In this document: piece after piece, positions 28,784 through 37,680 of the stretch
Layout: each line of letters starts with the position of its first letter
Position numbering within the stretch: position 1 is the stretch's first letter
Assembly (NCBI GenBank): GCA_963677895.2
Contig: CAXXGJ010000038.1
Location: 448,001-512,000, forward strand
Source of the DNA: Treponemataceae bacterium
Lineage (GTDB): Bacteria > Spirochaetota > Spirochaetia > Treponematales > Rectinemataceae
Length of the DNA stretch: 64,000 nucleotides
Direction: 5' to 3'
The notes under the pieces: generated by a model
What the model was told of the DNA's origin: nothing
Database searches by the model: none
What the model saw: the letters and a program-made list of their open reading frames with translations, nothing else
Position numbers and translations under genes: made by a program

Positions 28784-29197
28784 ATGAGAACGACGACCAG
28801 AGGTATTTACGCGCTCAAGGCGATTTTAGCCTTGGCTGCCGCCGATTCAAACCGAGACAATCCCATGGCTTTGCATGTCATAGCCGAGAACGAACAAATT
28901 TCCACCGAATTTCTCCAGCAGATTTTTTTCAGGCTAAGAAAGGCAGGGCTCATCGCCGCCTACCGCGGGCCGGGAGGCGGCTTCTATCTCGTGAAGGACA
29001 AAAGCGAAATAAGCGTGCTTTCCGTCCTGGAGGCCGCCGGGGAATCCATGGAGATTTCCCCCTGCGCCATGACAAGGACGGGAAGCAAGTCGCCCTGTTC
29101 GAAGTTCGTCGGATGCAACGCGGGACAGTTCTGGATGTCCCTCGAAAACGAAATCAGGTCCTACGCGTCTTCCAGGACGCTGGCCGACCTTCTGTGA
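28784..29197 (+). CDS. Rrf2-family transcriptional regulator
   Basis: TTRGIYAL, FLQQIF, RGPGGGF wing and three C-terminal Cys. Confidence 0.92.
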   Translation: MRTTTRGIYALKAILALAAADSNRDNPMALHVIAENEQISTEFLQQIFFRLRKAGLIAAYRGPGGGFYLVKDKSEISVLSVLEAAGESMEISPCAMTRTGSKSPCSKFVGCNAGQFWMSLENEIRSYASSRTLADLL

Positions 29198-29220
29198 TTC
29201 TCTGAGTCGGCGCGGCGCCT

Positions 29221-30691
29221 TCATTCCTCATCGACGAAACGTTCAAGCTCGGCGCGCGTCTTCCCGTTGATGATTCCCAGGCGTTCGCAGGAAGAAAAGA
29301 GCTCTCTGACGTGGAGGAATGCGTGGAGGCGGATGTCCGCTTTCTCCATGTCCACCCTTCCCTGCTTTCCCCTCTCGATCAGCACGATCAGGTCGTCTAC
29401 TTTCAGACCTTCTCCGCGCAGTATCTCTATGGCTTCCAGCTTGCTCGCGCCCGTCGTGATGAGGTCGTCGAGAAGAAGAACCTTTTCCCCGGACCTGTAC
29501 TCGCCTTCCACTTTATTGCCGGTGCCGTGTTCCTTGACGGGCATTCTGGGCCAGATCATGGGCACCGAGAGCGCGAGCCCGGCGGCGGTGGCAAGCGGGA
29601 GGGCTGCGGCGGGTATGCCCGCGAGCCTGTCGAATTCGAGGTCCCGGGCCAGTTCGGCATAGGCCAGGCCTGCCGTTTCGAGCGCCGCGGGGTCGGAGAT
29701 GAGTCTCCTGAGATCTATATAGAAGGGGCTTTTCTTGCCGCTCTTGAGGACGAACTCCCCCAGCCGGAAGCATCCGGTGTCGATGAGGTGGCGCACAAGG
29801 CTGTCCTTCAGGGCTTCGCGGGCTCCCGCAGCGGCGCTCCAGCCCGGTACGGCCGCGCCTGCGGCATTGGCGGCATCGCCTGCGCTGGATGGCCTGGCCT
29901 CGGCCGCCGCGCGGCGCATCTCGTCGCGCAGGGAGCGAGCCGCCGCGCCGGGATCGGCGGCGCCCGCTACTGATCTGGCGGCCACGACGAGGATGCCGGA
30001 GCCGTCGGCGCGGGCGCCGGCGCGCATCGCCTCATCCGCCTTTCCTCCCTGAGCCCCGATTCCGGGCGCCAGAAACCAGGCACGAGGAGCGGCGGCGCGA
30101 ACTCTGGCGAGCGCGGCGGCATTGTTGCCGGCGACGACGAGACCCACCCGTTCCGACCATGAGGAGGCTTCCCTCGCGACGCGCAGGTAAAGCGGTTCCC
30201 CCGCCACGGAAAGATCCTGGAAAGTCCCGGCGCCCGGGTTGCTCGTTTTGCAGAGTATGAAAACGCCCTTGTCCTTCCAGTCGAGGAAAGGATCGACCGT
30301 TTCCTTGCCCATGTAGGGACTCAGGGTTACCGCGTCGGCTCCCAACTCGCCGAAAACAGCGTCGGCATAGGCGCGGGCGGTCGAGTCGATATCGCCGCGT
30401 TTGGCGTCCAGTATTACGGGAATTTCCCGGGGGATGGCCGCCAAGGTCTGTCCGAGCACAGCCATGCCGGGACCGCCGAAGGCTTCATAAAAGGCGATAT
30501 TCGGTTTATAGCAGGCGGCAAAGGGATGCGTGGCCTCGATTATCCGGAGATTGGCCTTCAAGGCCGCCGCAAGGCAGGCCTTCGTCACCCTGCTTCGTCC
30601 GTTCTTCCCTGCTGAAATAAGGATCCAGACCTATGCAGAGGTTTGTGCCTTTGTCCTTGACGATCTCTTCAATTCGTTCAAAAAAGTCCAT
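29221..30691 (-). CDS. pyrF: OMP decarboxylase-orotate phosphoribosyltransferase fusion (PyrF-PyrE), apparent single-base frameshift near 30580
   Basis: LCIGLDP is in the 30691 frame. KPNIAFYE, LDAKRGDI, PGIGAQGG, LKSGKKSPFYIDLR and LDDLITTG are in the 29221 frame. Confidence 0.88.
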
Positions 30692-30898
30692 CTTCGTACC
30701 CCTTTACCCGACAGGCTGAAGGTACATTACCTTTTTTGGCGAATTCCAGCAAGGATTCCGTCATAAAAGGATCTTATTGCCTGTCGCTTTTGCTTGAAAA
30801 ATAGAAGTAATCATGTAATCCTTGTACAAGTGTCATATAATGGGTAGTAGGAAAATCGACGCCCGGCGCAAATCGCCTTTCAAGGAGGCTTATCAACA

Positions 30899-32284
30899 AT
30901 GAAGCGACTTTCCCTGTTCGTTGTAATCATCACTCTGCTCCTCCCTTTATCCGCCCAGGAATCTGGCGATACGGGAGATGGCTTTTCCGCCGGTCTTAAC
31001 TTGGGATCGGACCTTTTGCCCAACCCGGATACGGGCGCGATGGAAAGCTGGTCCAAGTTAGGGTTCCAGCCCGATCTGGCCATCGGAAAATTCGGAATCG
31101 GCCTGGATCTGACCTTCCGTTTTCAGCTCTATCCTGACGGAAGCAACCCCTTCGTTCTCTATTCCCCCGACTGGGTTCCCTCGGGCGGCAGGACAATCTT
31201 CGATGTCTATCTGCCCAAGATCATGTATGTGCGGTATGGCAAGAGAGGAATCGATCCGCTTTACGTAAAGCTGGGATCGATTTCGGATTTTGGCCTGGGC
31301 AACGGCCTCATCGTCTCCGATTACGCCAATACCAAATTCCTTCCGGAGCAGAGGCTCTTCGGCCTGCAGGCGGGAGTCGACGGAGCTCTTTTCAACGTGC
31401 CCTATTTCGGGGTTGAGGCGCTTACCGGCAACCTGGCCAACCTCGACGTTATCGGCGGAAGAGTCTATGTAAGGCCTCTCGCCTTCATGGGAAAATCCAT
31501 TCTCGGCCGGGTCCAGATTGGAGGAACCGCGGTGGTGGACAGGAATCCTCTGATTTATACGACCGCTGAGGAAATCACCGCCAGCTCCTACCCCGCGACG
31601 AAGCTCATCTATGTATATGGGGCCGATGTCACGGTCCCCATAGTGACCGGCGACGTGTTTTCCCTCACCGCCTTCGTGGAGGGAGCACAGGAGATGAATG
31701 GCTCCATGGGCGCCATCACCGGCGTCGGCGGCAGGCTGATCAGCTTCATCAGCTACGGCGCGCAGATCCGCTATCTCCAGGAGGGTTTCATCCCCACCTA
31801 TTTCGACAATAATTACGATCTCTACAGGGCGGAGCGGTTTGACTATATCGAAAGCACCTTGCCCGGCGACTTCACCGCCGGCTGGCTGGCCAGCCTCGGC
31901 TTCGATCTCTTCAACAAAAAGCTCCAGTTCAGCGCCATTCTGGACGGTCCCTTCGCCCCGATCCCCGCTCCCGACGCGGATACCGACAACAGCTCCGCCT
32001 ATCCCCATCTCAAGGGCAAGGTACTGTTGGGAGAAGGAATCATCGGCGGACTTTCTCTTGAAGGCGGCTACGAGAAATACTTCATCGGAAGGGAGACCGG
32101 GATCTTCGACGACCTGATCGATCCCCAGGACGCGGTGATAGGATTCGGCGTGAACTACAAGACTGGCGCGACGGTTCTGACCCTCCGCTATACCTATAGC
32201 TGGAATCCGTCCAAGGTCAACGACGACAGCTCGATCGGCGGCTTCGACGTAAGCTCTTCGCTGAGCGCGTCGGTGCGCTTCTGA
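30899..32284 (+). CDS. Putative outer-membrane beta-barrel protein (paralog 1)
   Basis: Signal peptide, amphipathic beta-strands and C-terminal Phe (SASVRF). Confidence 0.75.
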   Translation: MKRLSLFVVIITLLLPLSAQESGDTGDGFSAGLNLGSDLLPNPDTGAMESWSKLGFQPDLAIGKFGIGLDLTFRFQLYPDGSNPFVLYSPDWVPSGGRTIFDVYLPKIMYVRYGKRGIDPLYVKLGSISDFGLGNGLIVSDYANTKFLPEQRLFGLQAGVDGALFNVPYFGVEALTGNLANLDVIGGRVYVRPLAFMGKSILGRVQIGGTAVVDRNPLIYTTAEEITASSYPATKLIYVYGADVTVPIVTGDVFSLTAFVEGAQEMNGSMGAITGVGGRLISFISYGAQIRYLQEGFIPTYFDNNYDLYRAERFDYIESTLPGDFTAGWLASLGFDLFNKKLQFSAILDGPFAPIPAPDADTDNSSAYPHLKGKVLLGEGIIGGLSLEGGYEKYFIGRETGIFDDLIDPQDAVIGFGVNYKTGATVLTLRYTYSWNPSKVNDDSSIGGFDVSSSLSASVRF

Positions 32285-32304
32285 GCCGGAAAGGGAGGCA
32301 AACA

Positions 32305-33831
32305 ATGAAACGAATCTTGTCAATCATAGTCCTGCTGGCATTGCTGGCGCCCGCTGCCGTTTTCGCCCAAGCCGGCGGAGGAGGCCCCGGCGAGGCCTTC
32401 ATGAACTGGCTGCGAGACAACATGGGCATGGAGATAGGCTCCGTCAGCATAGACGGGACCAGCTATTCCAAGGTCGTTCTTTCCCCGGAAGTGAGGATCG
32501 GAAGACTTAAGCTCGGTCTGTATCTGCCCGTCATCTATACCGACGACCTTTTCAATCCCGGATCCTGGTACCAGCCGGGCGGAAACAATGAGTGGGATTT
32601 TGGCGGCAGATATTGGAGCACTGGGGACACTTTCGGCGGCATAATGGACGTAGCCGCTGATATAATCCTCAAAGTAAAATACCTCGAATACGGCCAACCC
32701 CTCGATGATCCCTTCTTCGTCAAGGTGGGCAACCTCCACGGCCTCACCATCGGCCATGGCCTGATAATGCGCAATTACCGCAACGACACCGATTTCCCCA
32801 GCATCAGGCGCACGGGCGTGAACACGGGCATCGATTTCGGAAGCGTCGGCTTCGAAGCCCTCGCTAACGACCTGCCCGTCCCAGAAATCGCCGGCGCCCG
32901 CCTGTATTTCCGCCCGATCAAGAAATCCAAGCTGGCTTTCGGCGTCTCCGCCGTGGCCGACTTCGCCGCTGCCAAAGATCTGGCGGGCACGGCCTACAGC
33001 GCGGCCGCCGACAACTTCGTGTTCGTCGGAACCGGCGTGGACCTCGACCTGCCCATCATCAAGTCCAACGAAATCATGAGTCTCAGGGCCTTCGCGGACG
33101 CTTCCGTGACCATCCCCTATGTCAAAACGGCCTTCACGAGCAACTCGACGCTCATCCCGAGCGGTTTCCAGACCGACCTCGTATGGGACGGCAGTCCCAA
33201 GAACTGGGGAGCGGCGGCAGGATTCCTCGGCAATGTCCTTTTCATCGACTGGAGACTGGAATACAGGTACTTCACCGGCATCTTCAGGCCCGCTTTCTTC
33301 GATTCCACCTACGAGCGCAGCCGTTCGAACTATGTGATGGACTATATCAGTTATCTCGACGGAACGAATTCCATTTCCACGGCGCCTACGGTCATGGGCA
33401 TCTACGGCGAAGCCGGCTTCTCCCTCTTCAAGGAAAAGCTCACGCTGTCGGCCGGCTATATGTGGCCATGGGATCCGTCGACGGGCTTCTCCTTCAGCGA
33501 CGTCGCCGACGATGAACTCCACGCCGGTTTCACCATCAAGAAGGGGCTCATCCCCATCGTCGACGTAGCGGGAGCCGTATATTACGACAAGCGGGGCCTC
33601 GTCAATTCGCTCATGGACGGCACTTTCGCGTTCTTCGACGAGCAGACGGCCTTCGCGGGCGAGATAGAGATTCCGATACCCAAGACGCCCAACCTCGCGA
33701 TCGGCTTGATTTTCAAGGCTATAGCGGTCAGGGACACGACGACAGGCAATATCAAGTATATCAACAATGACCCAACCCAGGGCGTGAGGATGGCCCCCAC
33801 CGTCACGATCGAGACAAGGGTCAGGTTCTAG
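32305..33831 (+). CDS. Putative outer-membrane beta-barrel protein (paralog 2)
   Basis: Signal peptide, shares the Y..YG...DP..VK.G.......G.GLI...Y.N block with paralog 1, and ends in Phe (ETRVRF). Confidence 0.75.
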   Translation: MKRILSIIVLLALLAPAAVFAQAGGGGPGEAFMNWLRDNMGMEIGSVSIDGTSYSKVVLSPEVRIGRLKLGLYLPVIYTDDLFNPGSWYQPGGNNEWDFGGRYWSTGDTFGGIMDVAADIILKVKYLEYGQPLDDPFFVKVGNLHGLTIGHGLIMRNYRNDTDFPSIRRTGVNTGIDFGSVGFEALANDLPVPEIAGARLYFRPIKKSKLAFGVSAVADFAAAKDLAGTAYSAAADNFVFVGTGVDLDLPIIKSNEIMSLRAFADASVTIPYVKTAFTSNSTLIPSGFQTDLVWDGSPKNWGAAAGFLGNVLFIDWRLEYRYFTGIFRPAFFDSTYERSRSNYVMDYISYLDGTNSISTAPTVMGIYGEAGFSLFKEKLTLSAGYMWPWDPSTGFSFSDVADDELHAGFTIKKGLIPIVDVAGAVYYDKRGLVNSLMDGTFAFFDEQTAFAGEIEIPIPKTPNLAIGLIFKAIAVRDTTTGNIKYINNDPTQGVRMAPTVTIETRVRF

Positions 33832-33888
33832 CGCATCGCCCTCCCGCGCTTCCCAATGGAAGACGGGCAAGGAAAAATCAGGATTTTT

Positions 33889-33918
33889 GGACGCCCCTCC
33901 CCGGGGCGTCCTTTTTTT
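33889..33918 (+). terminator. Intrinsic terminator
   Basis: GGACGCCCC-TCCCC-GGGGCGTCC-TTTTTTT. Confidence 0.85.
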
Positions 33919-33946
33919 AGGCTCGCATAAACGCTATATTGTTGGG

Positions 33947-35686
33947 ATGGCACGCATCCACCTTCTTCCGCCCGAAACCTCCCGCCTCATCGCGGCCGGA
34001 GAAGTGATAGACAGACCCGCGTCGGCCCTGCGGGAACTCATCGACAACGCGATCGACTCGGGCGCCTCCGAAATACGGGTCGACATCGAAAAGGGCGGCA
34101 TCGACCTCATCCGCGTCTCGGACGATGGATTCGGCATGTCCAGGGAAGATCTCGAGCTTTCCATACTCGAACACTCCACCAGCAAGATAGAAAACGCCGA
34201 CGATCTATTGTTGGCCAAAACCCTCGGATTCAGGGGGGAGGCCCTGGCATCCATAGCCGCCGTAGCCCGGCTCGAGATGACCAGCCGAGAAAAAGGCTCG
34301 GAACTGGGCTGGTGTCTCCAGAAAGAACCCGGAAAGGAAGCCTGGCTTTCCCCAGTGGCCGCCAGGGAGGGCACGACGGTATCGGTGAGGGGAATATTCG
34401 AACGCTTCCCCGCCCGCCGCCAGTTCCTGAAACGTCCGGCATCGGAAGCTCTTCTTTGCCGTCAGATATTCGTCGAGCGAGCCCTGGCTCATCCATCGGT
34501 GGCTTTTATCTGGCGTTCCGGGGCGGAAAGCGAACACTTCCCCAAGTCCAGCCAGGAAGACCGGATAGCCCTTCTCTATAGGGAAATTCCCGGAAGCATA
34601 CTCTCGCGCTTCGAGGTGGAGGCGGGGGGCGCCGCCCTGACGCTGATCTACGCCGACCCCTCCTTCCACAGAAAGGACAGGAAATATCTTCAGGTTTTCG
34701 TGAACAGGCGGAAGGTGCCCGAATGGGGATTCATAAGCCTGCTCGAATACGCTTTTTCCGAATACCTCCCCGGCGGCATGAAGCCCTGCGCATTCCTCTT
34801 CGCCGAGATAGATCCTTCGCAGGCCGATTTCAACATTCACCCCGCCAAGAGGGAGGTGAGAATAAAGAATCCTGAACCCATCAAATCCGGATTCTATTCA
34901 GCCTTCAGGGTCCAGCTTCATTCGACGCTGGGAGCCGGGCCAAGCGATATGTCGGCCGGCTTCAGGCAAAATGGCGGAAAAGAAATGGATAGAGTCTTCT
35001 GGGACAAGCCCGCCGCCTCAGGCATCGAAGCGGGAGGGAGCTGGATGAATGAAGCCCCCGGCGCCTCCAGACTGGAAGCCTACAGCGCTCCCCGACAGGA
35101 AGATCCCTTCGCTCCTGGATTGGATGCTCCCTGCGGGAAAGTAGCCTTCCGCTACTTGGGCAAAGCCTTCGGCCCCTTCATCCTCTTCGAAAAAGACGAA
35201 ATCCTCTATGTCCTGGACCAGCACGCTGCCCATGAACGCGTCCTCTACGACAAACTCTCCAAGGCGAAAGCAACCAGCCAGCCTCTCCTCGTGCCCTTCA
35301 TCTTCGAAACCGACGGGGAGGAGGTTTCGCGCAGGCTCGTCGCCGCCCTCCCGGAACTGGAGCGCATGGGCTATGAGATCGAACGGTCCGGCGACAGTTT
35401 CGTCGTCAATGCCGTCCCCTCCTTTCTCGGCGAAAAAGGCCTCCAGGCCCTTGTCGATTGCTTTTCCGAAGATTCGACGGGAGAGATTCCGGCGGAGGAC
35501 CTCCTGGCGACCATGGCATGCCGGGCAGCCGTCAAGGACGGAGACCTCCTGGACGACTTTGCGGCAAGAGAACTCATCGAGAAAGCCCTCGCCCTGCCCT
35601 TTCCCCGCTGTCCCCATGGCAGGCCCGTATGGGTGAAGTTCGACAGGACCGCTCTGTACCGCATGGTGGGGAGAATAACGTCGTGA
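33947..35686 (+). CDS. mutL: DNA mismatch repair endonuclease MutL
   Basis: IAAGEVIDRPAS, DDGFG, GFRGEAL, NIHPAKREV, endonuclease DQHAAHER, ACR and CPHGRP. Confidence 0.96.
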   Translation: MARIHLLPPETSRLIAAGEVIDRPASALRELIDNAIDSGASEIRVDIEKGGIDLIRVSDDGFGMSREDLELSILEHSTSKIENADDLLLAKTLGFRGEALASIAAVARLEMTSREKGSELGWCLQKEPGKEAWLSPVAAREGTTVSVRGIFERFPARRQFLKRPASEALLCRQIFVERALAHPSVAFIWRSGAESEHFPKSSQEDRIALLYREIPGSILSRFEVEAGGAALTLIYADPSFHRKDRKYLQVFVNRRKVPEWGFISLLEYAFSEYLPGGMKPCAFLFAEIDPSQADFNIHPAKREVRIKNPEPIKSGFYSAFRVQLHSTLGAGPSDMSAGFRQNGGKEMDRVFWDKPAASGIEAGGSWMNEAPGASRLEAYSAPRQEDPFAPGLDAPCGKVAFRYLGKAFGPFILFEKDEILYVLDQHAAHERVLYDKLSKAKATSQPLLVPFIFETDGEEVSRRLVAALPELERMGYEIERSGDSFVVNAVPSFLGEKGLQALVDCFSEDSTGEIPAEDLLATMACRAAVKDGDLLDDFAARELIEKALALPFPRCPHGRPVWVKFDRTALYRMVGRITS

Positions 35687-36372
35687 AGGAAGTCAAGATT
35701 CTATGCGTGGCCGACGAAGTCGACCTTCTCGTCTATTCCTCGACCGTTCGCCAGCGCTTCGGCGACGTCGATCTCATCCTCTCGGCGGGGGATCTTCCGG
35801 ACGAATACCTTGAGTTCATCACCTCGATGCTCAATAAGCCCATCGTCTCCGTCGCTGGCAACCACGATCCCGTCGACAAAAAGCCGACGAATCTGTTCGC
35901 GAGTTCCTTGGGCATCGAAGACGAAGCCGAAAAGGAGAGAAGCTCGCTCGGAAGAGTGTCCTTCGGCATAAGGAAAGAAGCGGGCGTATCGGTGCTGGGT
36001 CTGCCCGGATCCATGCTCTACAACGGCGGAGCCAATCAATACTCCGACCTTGGCATGAAAATCCGGATTCTCCCGCTCATTCCAAGGCTTTTTCTCCGCA
36101 AGCTCCTTTTTGGGCGCGGCGTGGACATCATCCTCGCCCACTCGCCGCCGAAAGGGATCCACGACGGCAGCGACCGCTGCCACCAGGGCTTCGCGATGTT
36201 CAGATGGCTCATAAAATTCGCGGCGCCGGCATACTTCGTTCATGGACATGTCCATGTCTACGACAGCCGCGAGTTGCGTGAAAAGCAGCTGGGATCGACG
36301 AGCGTCGTCAATGTGTACGGTCATAGGGTTCTTGCCCTGCCAAGGAGACGTGATGGCCAATACCCTGATTGA
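35683..36372 (+). CDS. Calcineurin-like metallophosphoesterase
   Basis: VAD, SAGD, GNHD, LAH and HGHVH. GTG start overlaps the mutL stop (GTGA). Confidence 0.88.
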   Translation: MKEVKILCVADEVDLLVYSSTVRQRFGDVDLILSAGDLPDEYLEFITSMLNKPIVSVAGNHDPVDKKPTNLFASSLGIEDEAEKERSSLGRVSFGIRKEAGVSVLGLPGSMLYNGGANQYSDLGMKIRILPLIPRLFLRKLLFGRGVDIILAHSPPKGIHDGSDRCHQGFAMFRWLIKFAAPAYFVHGHVHVYDSRELREKQLGSTSVVNVYGHRVLALPRRRDGQYPD

Positions 36373-37276
36373 TAGCATGGTGGAGCAGGATTTCTACAAG
36401 GCTCACACCAAGGCGCTGCTATCCCGGATTTCCCATATTTTCCAGCCCTCCGAGGAGGATCTTCTTCCTTTTGACGCGGCCCGCAAACTGCTTAAGCCCG
36501 AAGGCGAGGTATACGCCGGGCTCGCCACGGTTCCTTTGGAAAAAATCGTGGGAAGCGAAGGGCGGTACAGGGACTTCAACCGGCACTTCCTCCCCAGAAA
36601 GGAGCATTTGAAGCAGCGCTGGGTCAGCATAGACAGGACCTATTATCAGGACATAAGCCTGCCGCCCATCAGGCTCTATGAAATGGGGGGCGTATATTTC
36701 GTGCGGGATGGCAACCACAGGGTATCCGTGGCGAGAGCCTTGGGCCAGATCGAGATCGATGCCGAAGTGACCTCCCTCCAGGCAAAAATCAGCCTCAGCA
36801 AGGACATGGGCCTGGATGGGCTGAGAAGAGCCGTTGTGGAGTATGAAAAAAAGCAGTTTTTCGACGAAACGGGCTACCTTGCGATAATCGGCAAGGATGA
36901 TCTCAATTTTTCGGAACCCGGACGATACGACACGATTCGCGAGCATATCGCCGTTCACAAATATTATCTCAATGAGCAGGAATCCAAGGAAATCGAATTT
37001 TCAAGCGCCATGCTTTCCTGGCACGAGAATGTATACCTTCCTATAATCCTCGCCATCGGGGAGGAAAAAATTCTGTCCCTCTTTCCGGGCAGAACCTACG
37101 CCGATCTCTACCTCTTTCTCGTACAGCATTGGGACGAACTCAAACATATGAAAAACAAGGATATCGGCATCGGCTACGCCGTGAGGGACTTCAAGGCGCA
37201 AGTCATCAGAGACAAAGTCCCGATGAAAAACTTTTTTTTGGATGCCATCAGAGAAATATGGAAAAAAATAAAATAA
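36353..37276 (+). CDS. ParB/Srx-fold protein with helical C-terminal domain (DUF4032-like)
   Basis: IVGS.GRY.DF.R.FLP, LPPIRLY and YFVRDGNHRVSVA; AAGGAG RBS. Confidence 0.75.
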   Translation: MANTLIDSMVEQDFYKAHTKALLSRISHIFQPSEEDLLPFDAARKLLKPEGEVYAGLATVPLEKIVGSEGRYRDFNRHFLPRKEHLKQRWVSIDRTYYQDISLPPIRLYEMGGVYFVRDGNHRVSVARALGQIEIDAEVTSLQAKISLSKDMGLDGLRRAVVEYEKKQFFDETGYLAIIGKDDLNFSEPGRYDTIREHIAVHKYYLNEQESKEIEFSSAMLSWHENVYLPIILAIGEEKILSLFPGRTYADLYLFLVQHWDELKHMKNKDIGIGYAVRDFKAQVIRDKVPMKNFFLDAIREIWKKIK

Positions 37277-37324
37277 TTTTGCGCTTTCAGTGGTAACTTC
37301 CGGACTAATGCATTACTTTTATTA

Positions 37325-37409
37325 GTGCAGGACGACAGCAATTCGCTTTTCATGCACCTCCTTTTGCGTTGACCGCCGGATATTCCTCCTTATCCGGCGG
37401 TCTTTTTTT
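37325..37409 (+). ncRNA. Candidate small RNA with anti-SD motifs
   Basis: 5' stem GTGCA...TGCAC, CACCTCCTTT, then its own terminator with a CCTCCT loop. A -10-like TACTTT lies just upstream. Confidence 0.4.
37371..37409 (+). terminator. Intrinsic terminator
   Basis: GACCGCCGGATA-TTCCTCCT-TATCCGGCGGTC-TTTTTTT. Confidence 0.9.
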
Positions 37410-37446
37410 GCCTTCGACTCAGGAACCGGCTAAGGCTCCCGCAAGG

Positions 37447-37476
37447 TTGACACAGGAGCCTCCAAACGTATATCTT
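37447..37476 (+). promoter_or_regulatory. Sigma70 promoter of the small zinc-ribbon gene
   Basis: TTGACA-N18-TATCTT. Confidence 0.55.
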
Positions 37477-37501
37477 ATCTCGTCTTTCCAAGGAGAACGC
37501 A

Positions 37502-37672
37502 ATGGCAAATATTTCCAAGAACGCTCGTACTTCCAGCAGCACGCACCACTTCTACTGCCCCTGCGGCGGCGAAGTTAAGATGAAGACAATCTTCGAGAAC
37601 GGCAAGGTTCGCAATGTCGCGGAGTGCGAAAAGTGCAAGCGCGTAGAGCGCAAGCCCAGTGATTTCAGCTGA
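37502..37672 (+). CDS. 56-aa basic zinc-ribbon protein (absent from the ORF track)
   Basis: AAGGAG RBS; translation MANISKNARTSSSTHHFYCPCGGEVKMKTIFENGKVRNVAECEKCKRVERKPSDFS with CxC...CxxC. Confidence 0.85.
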   Translation: MANISKNARTSSSTHHFYCPCGGEVKMKTIFENGKVRNVAECEKCKRVERKPSDFS

Positions 37673-37680
37673 TTTCCTGA

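Noticed and set aside
37180..37353. Minus-strand small ORF starting after AAGGAGGT
   Set aside because: SD-ATG spacing is only 2-3 nt, it runs antisense into the ParB-like gene, and the terminator T-tract is on the plus strand.
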